DNA of 61,611 nucleotides, counting the filler. It is 6 parts of 6 records of this genome, joined end to end, with 100 filler letters (N's around TTAATTAATTAA, not from the genome) between each part and the next. Parts side by side here need not be neighbours in the genome. Positions count along the whole stretch, not along the records: positions 47,338 to 55,186 come from DRR723986_8585; positions 55,287 to 61,611 come from DRR723986_8607; 4 more parts are not named here. The stretch is one strand, 5' to 3'. This document shows positions 52,577 to 61,611 of the stretch, piece after piece (the first letter of the stretch is position 1; every line of letters begins with the position of its first letter). A model generated the notes under the pieces. The model saw only the letters and a program-made list of their open reading frames with translations. It made no database searches and was not told where the DNA came from. Both the position numbers and the translations under genes were made by a program.

Positions 52577-54052
52577 ATGAGCGACGCCAAGCCGACCAAA
52601 ACAACGAACCCGATCCACTTCGAAGACCTTGATCCCAAGCGATTTGAAGACCTCGTTCGTGAGCTGATTTACGACTTCCGTGATTGGCAGACGATAGAAG
52701 CGACGGGGAAGGGGGGTGACGATGATGGCTTTGACATCAGAGCTTATGAGCGCACCACTACAACTGTCGTTGATGATGACGGCAACGAGGTTGTCCGCCC
52801 GATGGATGGTAACCTCTGGATGGTCCAGTGCAAACGTGAGAAGAGCATTCCGCCGAGCAAGGTAAAGAAAATCTTGAAGGATATCGATCCTGAGAACCCA
52901 CCGTACGGATACATCCTAGCGGCTGCGGCTAACTTCTCCAAAAAGTCCTACGACACCTTTCGTGATGAGCTAACAAAATTAGGCGTCTTAGAATTCTATC
53001 TTTGGGGCAATGCCACGCTCGAAACCGAGCTGCATCAACCAAAGAACGACAGAATCCTATTCACTTTTTTTGGCATATCGAATGTTCGGCGAAGGCGTTC
53101 GCGTGCCACCGAAATCAGATCAGAGGTGACGAACAAGAACCGCGTTATGCGAATTCTTGGAGATCGCCTATCAAACTCCTGGATTTTGGCCCGGGACTCT
53201 AAGGATCGCCACTACCCGTACGAGTCGCGCTACGCAGATTTCGAGGAAAGGCCGCGGTGGAAGGACTACGAAGTTGTCGAACTGCATCCGCGGGGCGTGA
53301 TCGTCTCGGTGAAGCAGTGCTATGCGTGGTTCGACGACGAAAAGAAGACCTACGATCTTGCTGAGCCACCGATCTTTATAAACAACCCATACGACCGAAA
53401 CCACGATACGCAACGAGATCGGGAGAAGCGGGAGGCAGATGGTCTCGTCAGAGATTTTTGGGAACGGCTACCCAAGAAGCACCAGGCGATGTTCCATCTC
53501 AACGGTATCATTCGCTACGAAGACATGCTGGTCATTGATGATAAAGGTGACAGCTGGAACGAGGTTCCTCATATCTTTGTGGACTTTATGGAGGGTTCGC
53601 CTGTGTCTGGAACCCTTGAATTTCTAGAGAAGGCAGAGCGGCACATCTGGCTTGACGATTTCTCGCGAGTGGAGGTCTTTCCGAAGTCGTTTCCTCAACC
53701 GCAGTTCGGTGAAGTCTACGATGAGGAAGGGCTGGCTTTGCCCGACACCATAAGTGAGCAGATCGCCAACTTCCGAGGTAATCTCGACACACTGTATGAT
53801 GTTGACGGTCGGTTCGGCCACCTAAAGCCAGGCGATGTCGCGGTCGTTCGGTTCGGCAACAAGGACGGCCGCTTTATACAGATCACTCATCGGTACAAGT
53901 TGTCGGGCAGCGACATGCTTCGGGATGCGCCGCACCTGACTTGGCAAATCAAACAGCAGATTGAACGAGAGCCGACAGCCGATGATGTGTTGGATGTGCT
54001 TGAATTCCGCGCTTGCTACGAGCATCAGTGGAAGGGGCAGCACCACAACTGA
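52577..54052 (+). CDS. Mrr-like restriction endonuclease domain protein with uncharacterised C-terminus
   Basis: LDPKRFEDLV..L, G..DDGFDI..(x)n..VQCK PD-(D/E)XK variant at the N-terminus. Confidence 0.75.
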   Translation: MSDAKPTKTTNPIHFEDLDPKRFEDLVRELIYDFRDWQTIEATGKGGDDDGFDIRAYERTTTTVVDDDGNEVVRPMDGNLWMVQCKREKSIPPSKVKKILKDIDPENPPYGYILAAAANFSKKSYDTFRDELTKLGVLEFYLWGNATLETELHQPKNDRILFTFFGISNVRRRRSRATEIRSEVTNKNRVMRILGDRLSNSWILARDSKDRHYPYESRYADFEERPRWKDYEVVELHPRGVIVSVKQCYAWFDDEKKTYDLAEPPIFINNPYDRNHDTQRDREKREADGLVRDFWERLPKKHQAMFHLNGIIRYEDMLVIDDKGDSWNEVPHIFVDFMEGSPVSGTLEFLEKAERHIWLDDFSRVEVFPKSFPQPQFGEVYDEEGLALPDTISEQIANFRGNLDTLYDVDGRFGHLKPGDVAVVRFGNKDGRFIQITHRYKLSGSDMLRDAPHLTWQIKQQIEREPTADDVLDVLEFRACYEHQWKGQHHN

Positions 54053-54314
54053 TCTATTTACTCTAGCACTTGAAACGCCCCCCACACACATTCCTTGCTG
54101 TGCGACATTGAACCTTCGGGGGGAAGCTTCGTCAACAAAGTGGCCTCACACACCACTTGGCGAGAACGTTCGTAAAGTGCGAACGGCTGCCAAGGCGCTT
54201 CCAATTCTATGTCTGGACTTGCGCCCAAGGCTGACGTCCGTATTGGGTGACAAAAGGTCTAGGTTGGCTTTTGGAAGGTGGCGGAACGAATGTCCATTTC
54301 TTACCGTACAAAGC

Positions 54315-55157
54315 CTATTTCACTTTAGGATATGCTGGCCATCCTTGAATATCCCGATTGATTGGGTCGTTCATGAAGAAGTCGAAGTACTTTACGGCCT
54401 GAGAAAGGGCATCGACCTGATCATCCGTCTTTCCTTCTGGGAACGCCCGAAGCTCGGCTTCAAAGTCATCGAGCCATGGAGCGGATTTTGGCAGAAACAC
54501 CTTCCCGGCGGCGATTGAGATCATGGCTGCTTCCATTCGCGCGACCTTGTTCCCCGTGGGTGTAATTCCCTGAATGAGGCTGGGGTATCGTATCAGCTTG
54601 TCTTCACGCCCTGCGTACTTCCGCAATATGCCCGTGATCAGTTCTCTGCCATTTGCCGTCTTCTCGATCACCATCCGGTCAAAATCGTACTTCGCATCAG
54701 CCTCCAAGACGATGTCCAGAAGGTCGTACAAGGATAATTTCTTGCGTATGACGTTGGTAACATAAAGTCTTCCATTGGAAATTCTTCCGACGAGAATTAC
54801 GTCATACGATTTTGAGGCAGCACCAGAGGATGCATCTACACTTATAAAGCGATCGTCCCAAACTTTGGGCGGGGTTTCATAACGCTTGAACTTGCAAAGA
54901 TCGATCAAGCCTCCGCCGAGCGGAGTCGGGTGTTGCTGAAACTGTGAGGAAAAAGCCCGCGGCGTCATCGTCCGTCGGCGCTTTTCTAATTCCTCGAGAG
55001 GGTAGTGGGATTCGTGAAAAGACTCTCCGGCCTTGCGATGGTGAAAGAGGCCAGGGCCTGTTGGGATCTTCTCATCATTCTCGGCTATCGCCGAGATCTT
55101 GAGCACCTCGAAATCTCCCCGATTTAAGAAGTGACCGGCCAAGTCATATTCGGAAAG
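54315..55157 (-). pseudogene. Phage terminase large subunit C-terminal (nuclease) portion, 5' part cut off
   Basis: DLAGH, FSSQFQQHP, ISVDAS, IEK.ANG, ELRAFPEGKTDDQVDALSQA; in-frame TGA at 55170-55172 within unrelated upstream sequence. Confidence 0.75.
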
Positions 55158-55186
55158 GGTAGCGTCCCATCAGGTGGTGTAATTCG
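55158..55186. mobile_element. Probable IS terminal inverted repeat (IS256-like) at contig end
   Basis: GGTAGCGTCCCATCAGGTGGTGTAATTCG resembles, from recall, alphaproteobacterial IS256-family ends; coincides with loss of terminase-like sequence and with the assembly break. Confidence 0.5.
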
Positions 55187-55286
55187 NNNNNNNNNNNNNN
55201 NNNNNNNNNNNNNNNNNNNNNNNNNNNNNNTTAATTAATTAANNNNNNNNNNNNNNNNNNNNNNNNNNNNNNNNNNNNNNNNNNNN
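55187..55286. other. Artificial contig spacer
   Basis: N-run with TTAATTAATTAA. Confidence 0.99.
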
Positions 55287-55539
55287 TGTGCAGAACTACG
55301 AAGGCGTCTGCATCGCCCGTAACAACGGTCACGGCATTGCCGGGTCTTTCACAGTTCGCAAAATCAGCTTTGGCGAAGGTGTTGAGCGCGTATTCCCGCT
55401 GCACTCCACCAACATCGACAGCATCACAGTGGTCCGCCGTGGCCGTGTGCGTCGCGCCAAACTGTATTACCTGCGCTCGCGTCGCGGTAAATCCGCGCGT
55501 ATCGTTGAGAATTCCAACTACAAGCCGAAAAAAGCGTAA
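55287..55539 (+). CDS. rplS: 50S ribosomal protein L19, 5'-truncated
   Basis: [31 protein letters not shown]. Confidence 0.97.
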
Positions 55540-55551
55540 GGGGCCGGATCA

Positions 55552-55773
55552 ATGAAAGCCGATACACATCCCGAATACCACATGATCAACGTCAAAATGA
55601 CTGACGGCACGATCGTGCAGATGAAATCCACTTGGGGCAAAGAAGGCGATCAACTGTCGCTGGACATCGACCCATCCGTGCACCCCGCATGGACAGGCGG
55701 CACATCCCGCCTGATGGACACCGGTGGCCGCGTGTCCAAGTTCAAGAACAAATACGCAGGCCTCAGCCTGTAA
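55552..55773 (+). CDS. rpmE: 50S ribosomal protein L31
   Basis: [26 protein letters not shown]. Confidence 0.97.
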   Translation: MKADTHPEYHMINVKMTDGTIVQMKSTWGKEGDQLSLDIDPSVHPAWTGGTSRLMDTGGRVSKFKNKYAGLSL

Positions 55774-55796
55774 GGCACCTGATAACGTATGTTACG

Positions 55797-55829
55797 AAAA
55801 AGGCGTGGACCACGGTCCGCGCCTTTTTT
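55797..55829. terminator. Bidirectional intrinsic terminator
   Basis: AAAAAGGCGTGGACC-ac-GGTCCGCGCCTTTTTT between convergent rpmE and ABC-F genes. Confidence 0.9.
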
Positions 55830-55852
55830 ATGGCCCGATGGACTCTGCGACC

Positions 55853-57373
55853 TTAGCCCCCCGCCATTTCGCCTTGCAAAAAGGCATCGGGGCTGTCGAT
55901 CTCTTCCAGCTTCTTGCCGTTGATCCACCAGAAGCGGTTGCCCACATTGCGCAGAAAGCTGCGGTCGTGACTGACCAAAAGACATGACGCGCCATGGGCG
56001 ATCAATTCCTCCTCCAGCGCCTCCTGCCCTTCGATATCCAGATGGTTGGTCGGTTCATCTAGCAAATAGAAATTCGGGTTCTTCAGCCGCAGCACCAACA
56101 TCGCCAGACGCGCCTTTTGCCCGCCGGACAAGGCACCGATCTTGGTGTCCTGCATCTGGATGTTCACGCCAGCCCCGGCCAGCAATCCGCGCGCCCGCTG
56201 ATCACCAACGTCGAACTGACCCGCCACCGTTGTCATTGGCGTGGCGGCATCGTCCAGCTGGCTGAGATGTTGATCCGAATAGGCAGGCACCACCGATGGC
56301 GCGGATTTGACCGCGCTGCCTTCCTGCCCTTCCAACGCGCACTGCACCATCTGGATCAACTGGGTCTTGCCCGTGCCATTGGCCCCCAGCAACACCACGC
56401 GATCCCCTTTCGAGATCCACTTTTGCCCGGTCCGGTACAGCAGCCGCCCGTCCGGTGTCGTCACATCCGCCTCGTCAAAGGTGATCAACGCCTTGGCATG
56501 GGTGCCGCTGTTGCCCAGCTTGATCTCGCCAGCGCTGCGGTCTTTGTGCGCCGGTCTGGCCGCAGCTTCCATCTTGGCGGCGCGTTCGGTCAACTGCTTG
56601 GTCTTGGTGATCAACAGATCAGAGCCGGAGTTGATCCCGATGTTCTTGAGCTTGGCCGCCTGTTTGCGCAACTGCTGCGCCTTGTTCAGATCATTGGCAA
56701 AGCGGCGCTCGTCCGCCGCGTCGGCTTCTTCCAGCGCGGCCCGCGCAGGCGTGAAAGGCAGATCAAACACCCGCGACCGTTCCGCACGCAAGAACAGTGT
56801 GCGGTTTGTGGTGGCATCCAGAAACGCCCGGTCATGCGACGTGATCAGCACCGGCAGTTCCCTGGGCAATGCCGCAATCCAGCCCTGCAACAACCCGATC
56901 CGGTGCAGATCAAGGTGGTTGGTCGGCTCGTCCAACATCAACATATCCGGCTCAGTGATCCAGGCTGCGGCCAGCAATGCGGTGCGCTGCCAGCCACCGC
57001 TGAGCGTATTCAGGGACTGATGTTGCAAGTCATACGGCACCGCAAGTTCATCCAGCGCCACGTCCACGCGCCAGCTTTCGTATTCGGCCTGTTCCGCCGG
57101 GAGGGCGCCGAGCACCAGATCATAAAGTGTCATTTCCTGCGCCGCCTCGGGCACATATTGCTGCACATGGCCGATGCGCAATCCCCGTGCACGGGTCACG
57201 TCCCCTGTGGTTTGCTCAAACTCACCGGCAAGGCAGCTCATCAAGGTGGATTTGCCGCGGCCGTTCGCAGCAACCAAACCGATCCGGTCGCCTTTGGACA
57301 TGGTCAGATTCAGATCGGTAAAAAGCGGGTCACCAAGGGTCACGCCCAAGGCATTTACATTCAACAGTGTCAT
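55853..57373 (-). CDS. ABC-F family ATPase (ribosome-associated)
   Basis: Two NBDs (ANGRGKST/LSGGW/LDEPTNHLD and GANGTGKT/LSGGQ/LDEPTNHLD), helical linker, no TM segments. Confidence 0.93.
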   Translation of the reverse strand: MTLLNVNALGVTLGDPLFTDLNLTMSKGDRIGLVAANGRGKSTLMSCLAGEFEQTTGDVTRARGLRIGHVQQYVPEAAQEMTLYDLVLGALPAEQAEYESWRVDVALDELAVPYDLQHQSLNTLSGGWQRTALLAAAWITEPDMLMLDEPTNHLDLHRIGLLQGWIAALPRELPVLITSHDRAFLDATTNRTLFLRAERSRVFDLPFTPARAALEEADAADERRFANDLNKAQQLRKQAAKLKNIGINSGSDLLITKTKQLTERAAKMEAAARPAHKDRSAGEIKLGNSGTHAKALITFDEADVTTPDGRLLYRTGQKWISKGDRVVLLGANGTGKTQLIQMVQCALEGQEGSAVKSAPSVVPAYSDQHLSQLDDAATPMTTVAGQFDVGDQRARGLLAGAGVNIQMQDTKIGALSGGQKARLAMLVLRLKNPNFYLLDEPTNHLDIEGQEALEEELIAHGASCLLVSHDRSFLRNVGNRFWWINGKKLEEIDSPDAFLQGEMAGG

Positions 57374-57447
57374 TGTGGTCTCAAGTCATATCAAAACGGG
57401 CCGCAAAGCGGCTTGAGGCAGACCAATGGGCAATTGTTCCCTGATCA

Positions 57448-57471
57448 GCCCTGTAAACGGATTTACAGGGC
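57448..57471 (-). promoter_or_regulatory. Attenuator-like hairpin
   Basis: GCCCTGTAAA-cgga-TTTACAGGGC perfect inverted repeat. Confidence 0.6.
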
Positions 57472-57510
57472 GGCGCGGGGACCATGCTGAAGACGGCGGA
57501 TGATACGCAT
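57463..57510 (-). CDS. Putative leader peptide MRIIRRLQHGPRAAL
   Basis: AGGAGG upstream; stop codon lies inside a perfect 10-bp hairpin; located in the ABC-F 5' region. Confidence 0.6.
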   Translation of the reverse strand: MRIIRRLQHGPRAAL

Positions 57511-57589
57511 ATTCAGCTGTTGCCCTCCTGTTGTTGAAATAGACCGTTGCCTCAGACTAGGAAAACCCTGCCGCAATGGCAACCACGGA

Positions 57590-58588
57590 TCACAGCGGGA
57601 AATCCGCCTTAACGATCAACCCACTTTCGCGCCAGTCAAAGGCCATATCGCCGCCCGTGCTGGTGGTCAGGGTCTTGATGATGCGTGATCCGCTTTGCCG
57701 GGCGGGCACAACCACGGGCGGGCCGTTGGTTTCTTCCCAATGAAAGGCAATGCTGCGCCCGTCTTCGCGGTCCTGCACGACCCATCGCAATTCAACGCGC
57801 CCCTCAGCAACACTGAGCGCACCATGTTTGACCGAATTGGTTGCCAACTCGTGCAGGCCAAGCGTGATGGGCGAGATCAACCCCGCAGGCAGCGCAACCG
57901 CTGGCCCGGACAGGTTGAGCTGCACCAAACCGCCCGGCGCGTAGGGGGCGAGAATGGTCCGAGCCAGCGCTTCAAATTCTGTTCCCTCATCCGTATTGGG
58001 CCGGATCGTGTTGAAATGCACATCGCTCAGCGCCGTCAGACGCTCACCGATCTTGGTGGCCAACGCCGCGGTGTCATTTTCCTCACGCCCCGTCATGCGC
58101 ACAATCACATTCATCACGTTCACAATATTACGCAACCGATGCAGCAGCTCATCATCGGCAAGCTGGCGGGCTTTCTTCTCCATCTCGCGCTTGGCTGTCA
58201 CATCCAGTTGCGAGCCGAAGTAGTACATCAAGCCCCCGTCATCATCGAGGATCGGACCAATTTGCAGGGCATTCACAAACGACGTGCCATCCTTGCGGTA
58301 ATTTACGATCTCAACCGTATCCACCTCGGCGCTTGCAATCACTTTGCGGATCGCCGCAACGCTTTCCTCCGTGGTGCCGGGCCCCTGCAACATCCGGCAA
58401 TTCTGGCCAATGACTTCGTCCTCGGCATACCCTGTCAAATCGCAGAACGCCGCATTGGCAAAGACAATGGGATTGTCCGGCAAGGTTGGATCCGTGATGC
58501 AAAGCGGGATCTGCGCATGGCGCACAGTTTCCGCAATAGCCCGATCATTGCGCAACGCCCACGCGCCATCCTTGCCGTTACCGTTCAA
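57590..58588 (-). CDS. LOV-domain HWE histidine kinase (blue-light sensor)
   Basis: DNPIVFAN..F..LTGY..EVIGQNCRMLQG with photoactive Cys; ELLHRLRN, LHELATNSVKHGAL, WEE..GP; start uncertain. Confidence 0.9.
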   Translation of the reverse strand: MNGNGKDGAWALRNDRAIAETVRHAQIPLCITDPTLPDNPIVFANAAFCDLTGYAEDEVIGQNCRMLQGPGTTEESVAAIRKVIASAEVDTVEIVNYRKDGTSFVNALQIGPILDDDGGLMYYFGSQLDVTAKREMEKKARQLADDELLHRLRNIVNVMNVIVRMTGREENDTAALATKIGERLTALSDVHFNTIRPNTDEGTEFEALARTILAPYAPGGLVQLNLSGPAVALPAGLISPITLGLHELATNSVKHGALSVAEGRVELRWVVQDREDGRSIAFHWEETNGPPVVVPARQSGSRIIKTLTTSTGGDMAFDWRESGLIVKADFPL

Positions 58589-58845
58589 CGTCACACTCCG
58601 GTAAAAATTTCGCACCAAGGCCGTCTTGCGCATCCGGTGCGGGCGCATCATAGAGACACAAACCCAAGCGGGCACGCGGCCCCTAGCGTTAACCATACGG
58701 TCTCAAAGCACAATTTGCCAAGCCTCTGATCCGGTAACGCAGGGGGAGGGATTGCAGATGCTAACGCTTTCAAATTCAGGCAACCCAACATATAGTGGTG
58801 CCCAACAAGATCCTGTGAGTAACAGGCATGAAGAGGGACAGCAGA

Positions 58846-59655
58846 ATGGCGCATATCATTGTCGTCGGTAACGAAAAAGGCGGCGCAGGCAAATCGACCG
58901 TTTCCATGCATGTGGCCACGGCCCTTGCCCGTATGGGCCACCGCATCAGCGGTCTGGATCTGGATTTGCGCCAACGCACTTTTGGCCGCTACATCGAAAA
59001 CCGCCGCGCTTACCTTGAGGAATCGGGTCTGGATCTGGCCTGCCCGGCGCTGTGCGATTTGCCCGAAGTGGCCCAAGAAAGCCTGCGCCCCGGCGAGAAC
59101 ATGTATGATCACCGGCTCAGCGCTGCGGTGGCGCAAATGGAAGCTGACAACGATTTTATCCTGATTGATTGCCCCGGCTCCCACACCCGGCTCAGCCAGG
59201 TGGCGCATTCCTTGGCCGATACGCTGATCACGCCTCTGAACGACAGCTTTATCGACTTTGATCTGCTGGCCCATACCGATGCCAGCGGTGAAAAGATCAC
59301 CGGACCGTCGGTCTATTCCGAAATGGTCTGGAACGCGCGGCAGTTGCGGGCGCAGGCCGGCCTCTCCGCGATTGACTGGGTCGTCGTGCGCAACCGCATG
59401 GGCGCACAGCGCATGGTCAACAAGGAAAAGATGGAACGCGCGATTGAGAACCTCAGCAAGCGCATCGGGTTCCGCATCGCACCGGGCTTTAACGAGCGGG
59501 TGATTTTCCGCGAGCTGTTCCCGCGTGGCCTGACCTTGCTGGACCTCAAGGACATTGGCGTCAAACAGCTGAATATTTCTAATATCGCAGCCCGTCAGGA
59601 ATTGCGCGATTTGGTCAAGGCGCTGAACCTGCCGGATGTGACGGTCGATTTCTAA
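58846..59655 (+). CDS. mipZ: Division plane positioning ATPase MipZ
   Basis: GNEKGGAGKST, DLDLRQRT, ERVIFRELFPRGLTLLD. Confidence 0.93.
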   Translation: MAHIIVVGNEKGGAGKSTVSMHVATALARMGHRISGLDLDLRQRTFGRYIENRRAYLEESGLDLACPALCDLPEVAQESLRPGENMYDHRLSAAVAQMEADNDFILIDCPGSHTRLSQVAHSLADTLITPLNDSFIDFDLLAHTDASGEKITGPSVYSEMVWNARQLRAQAGLSAIDWVVVRNRMGAQRMVNKEKMERAIENLSKRIGFRIAPGFNERVIFRELFPRGLTLLDLKDIGVKQLNISNIAARQELRDLVKALNLPDVTVDF

Positions 59656-59659
59656 AAGG

Positions 59660-60520
59660 TCAGCGGCGTTGCCGCGCCAGGACGATCAGGTTTGACACAA
59701 ACAGCGCCCCGATCACGATCGCGCCACCGATCAAGGTGTAGCTGCCGGGGTGTTCGCGGATCACGGCCCAAGCCAGCAACGGGGCCAGCACCGATTCCAG
59801 CAAGACCAACAGTCCCACTTCTGCCGATGTGATATAGCGCGGCCCAAGGGCCAGCAGCACAGAGCTGATCAGGATCAAGGCCGCATGACTCAGAACCAAG
59901 GGCCAGGCTGCGGTGGGCATGTCGAACGGTGCGGCCCAAGGCAGGATCACAACCGCACCCAGAACATATCCCATCGCCACCCCAGCCACCATAGAGGTGC
60001 CCTTGGCCGCGCGCGCCGCGGTCAATGCCGCTGCATACAGGGCGGAAATGCACAAAGCGAGCAAATCACCGGCAATATGTGCATTTTCGGTCTCGCCCGA
60101 TCCATAGGCGATCACCGCAAGCCCCGGCACCACGGCAGCAATCGTCAACAGCGTGCGCTGGCTGAACGGTTCGGACAGAAAAACGCGGCTAAAAACAGCG
60201 GCAAACACCGGCAGGGATGCAATGATAAACACAACATTGGCGACCGAGGTCAGGCTAACCGCAATCACAAACAAAACACCGCTGGCGCCCACGCCAACGA
60301 TATAGATCCACCCATAGATCCCAGTCGCCAGAACCGCCCGAAACGGCGCGGCACCACCACGCAGCACCAGCCAGATCGCCGTACCGCCCCCCGCCAGCAG
60401 AACCCGCCAGAACGCGATGGTCAGGGGGTCCGCAGGGATCAACCGCACAAAAAGCGAATCCGGCACCACAAACAGGACACCGAATAGCGTTATCAACAGA
60501 CCTTTGGTTTGATCACTCAT
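59660..60520 (-). CDS. DMT/EamA family transporter
   Basis: About 10 TM helices; [17 protein letters not shown]. Confidence 0.88.
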   Translation of the reverse strand: MSDQTKGLLITLFGVLFVVPDSLFVRLIPADPLTIAFWRVLLAGGGTAIWLVLRGGAAPFRAVLATGIYGWIYIVGVGASGVLFVIAVSLTSVANVVFIIASLPVFAAVFSRVFLSEPFSQRTLLTIAAVVPGLAVIAYGSGETENAHIAGDLLALCISALYAAALTAARAAKGTSMVAGVAMGYVLGAVVILPWAAPFDMPTAAWPLVLSHAALILISSVLLALGPRYITSAEVGLLVLLESVLAPLLAWAVIREHPGSYTLIGGAIVIGALFVSNLIVLARQRR

Positions 60521-60546
60521 GCGCCATCGGTGACGGGTTTTGCGCG

Positions 60547-60996
60547 CTAAGTAAAGCGGCCCGGATCAACCTGAGACAGTTTGATCAACGCCTTGCGCAG
60601 CACCGTGGCTTCTTGCGGGGTCAATACAGACAGCAGCTTGTGTTCGTACTGTCGCGCAGTCTCACGCAGATCCTTGTAAGCCGCTTCACCTTGGGCCGTG
60701 AGGGCAAGATGTTCCACCCGCCGGTCTGTCTTGTCCTTGCTGCGGGTCAGGAACCGCCGTTCGGCAAGGCGCTGCACCGCACGGCTGATCTTGGTCTTAT
60801 GGAGCCGGGCCCGATTGCCGATCTCGCTTGCGGTCATGCTGCCATAAAGGCCGAGGTGAAACAAAACGCGCCATTCGGTGCGCAACATGCCATACCGGTC
60901 TTTGTAGACCTGCTGAAACGCGAGGGAACTGACCTCCGCCGATTGGTTCAGCAGATACGGGAGGAATTCTTCAAGCTCAAAATTGTCGGTTGGCAT
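60547..60996 (-). CDS. MarR family regulator divergent from hmgA
   Basis: FLPYLLN, EWRVL, KISRAV..L, DRR...L.LT..G. Confidence 0.92.
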   Translation of the reverse strand: MPTDNFELEEFLPYLLNQSAEVSSLAFQQVYKDRYGMLRTEWRVLFHLGLYGSMTASEIGNRARLHKTKISRAVQRLAERRFLTRSKDKTDRRVEHLALTAQGEAAYKDLRETARQYEHKLLSVLTPQEATVLRKALIKLSQVDPGRFT

Positions 60997-61012
60997 GTAT
61001 CACATCGCTTGT

Positions 61013-61030
61013 TAGTTACAAAAACAACTA
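61013..61030. promoter_or_regulatory. Probable MarR operator
   Basis: TAGTT-ACAAAAAC-AACTA inverted repeat in the 69-bp divergent gap. Confidence 0.6.
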
Positions 61031-61065
61031 TTACATCCGCAACAAATTCGCAACAGGGGAAACTC

Positions 61066-61611
61066 ATGAACCGTCAGACAAGTCCCAGCGGCATGATCCG
61101 CGCCGCCTCTCCCGCCGGCCCGCACGAAGGCTATATGCCCGGCTTTGGCAACGATTTTGAAACGGAGGCCCTGCCCGGCGCTTTGCCGCAAGGTATGAAC
61201 AGCCCGCAAAAGTGCAACTACGGTCTTTATGGTGAGCAGCTGACCGGCACTGCCTTTACCGCGCCCAGCCACCAGAACGAACGCACATGGTGCTACCGCA
61301 TCCGCCCCTCGGTGAAGCATTCGCACCGCTACGAACGGATCGACCTGCCCTATTGGAAATCCGCGCCGCATATTCCGCAAGATGTGACATCGCTGGGCCA
61401 ATACCGCTGGGATCCCGTGCCGCATTCCGAGGAAAAGCTGACATGGCTCTCGGGCATGCGCACCATGACCTCCGCCGGTGACGTGAACACGCAGGTTGGC
61501 ATGGCCACGCATATCTACCTCGTGACCGAAAGCATGGTAGACAGCTATTTCTACTCCGCCGACAGCGAATTGTTGGTCGTGCCACAAGAAGGCCGCCTGC
61601 GGTTCTGCACC
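61066..61611 (+). CDS. hmgA: Homogentisate 1,2-dioxygenase, 3'-truncated (absent from ORF track)
   Basis: Manual translation [57 protein letters not shown]. Confidence 0.95.
   Translation, partial: MNRQTSPSGMIRAASPAGPHEGYMPGFGNDFETEALPGALPQGMNSPQKCNYGLYGEQLTGTAFTAPSHQNERTWCYRIRPSVKHSHRYERIDLPYWKSAPHIPQDVTSLGQYRWDPVPHSEEKLTWLSGMRTMTSAGDVNTQVGMATHIYLVTESMVDSYFYSADSELLVVPQEGRLRFCT

Larger units (their letters stand above)
49329..55186. mobile_element. Integrated element adjacent to tRNA-Ser (serine recombinase/DUF2924/DUF3489/terminase type); distal end not in window
   Basis: Recombinase converging on tRNA 3' end, small DNA-binding genes, nuclease cargo and terminase fragment. Confidence 0.8.

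Noticed and set aside
55552-55773. Cysteine-free L31 as a zinc-starvation paralog
   Set aside because: This form next to rplS is the ordinary alphaproteobacterial L31
61012-61587. 191-aa minus-strand ORF in the track
   Set aside because: Antisense shadow of hmgA, which starts at 61066 on the plus strand

Overview
The window is six alphaproteobacterial contigs joined by 100-nt N/TTAATTAATTAA spacers (7138-7237, 19558-19657, 33291-33390, 47238-47337, 55187-55286). Adjacency across spacers carries no biological meaning, and the contigs may come from several genomes. Contig 1: NAD-glutamate dehydrogenase, a CMD/AhpD protein, argC and partial leuD. Contig 2: imuA-imuB-dnaE2 with a LexA box, efp/epmA/epmB, a TetR-regulated ABC efflux operon, an XRE gene, a beta-propeller lipoprotein and a poly-Pro lipoprotein. 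Contig 3: partial malate synthase G, transporters, an ankyrin protein with a structured 5' leader, an HxlR/FMN-reductase pair and fatty-acid oxidation genes. Contig 4: a GntR-regulated racemase/M24-peptidase/GcvT-type catabolic operon, a decayed tyrosine integrase and a formate dehydrogenase cluster with accessory genes. Contig 5: obgE-GNAT-rpmA-rplU and tRNA-Ser(CGA), followed by an integrated element. That element carries a helically phased ACAGGGAA array, a large serine recombinase, DUF2924- and DUF3489-like genes, repeated upstream motifs, an Mrr-like nuclease and a terminase fragment cut by a probable IS end. Contig 6: rplS, rpmE, an ABC-F gene with an unannotated leader peptide and attenuator, a LOV-HWE kinase, mipZ, a DMT transporter, MarR and hmgA. 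The best novelty candidates are the tRNA-Ser satellite-like element with its repeat array, the ankyrin leader RNA and the ABC-F leader peptide. All family assignments come from motif recognition, not database searches.
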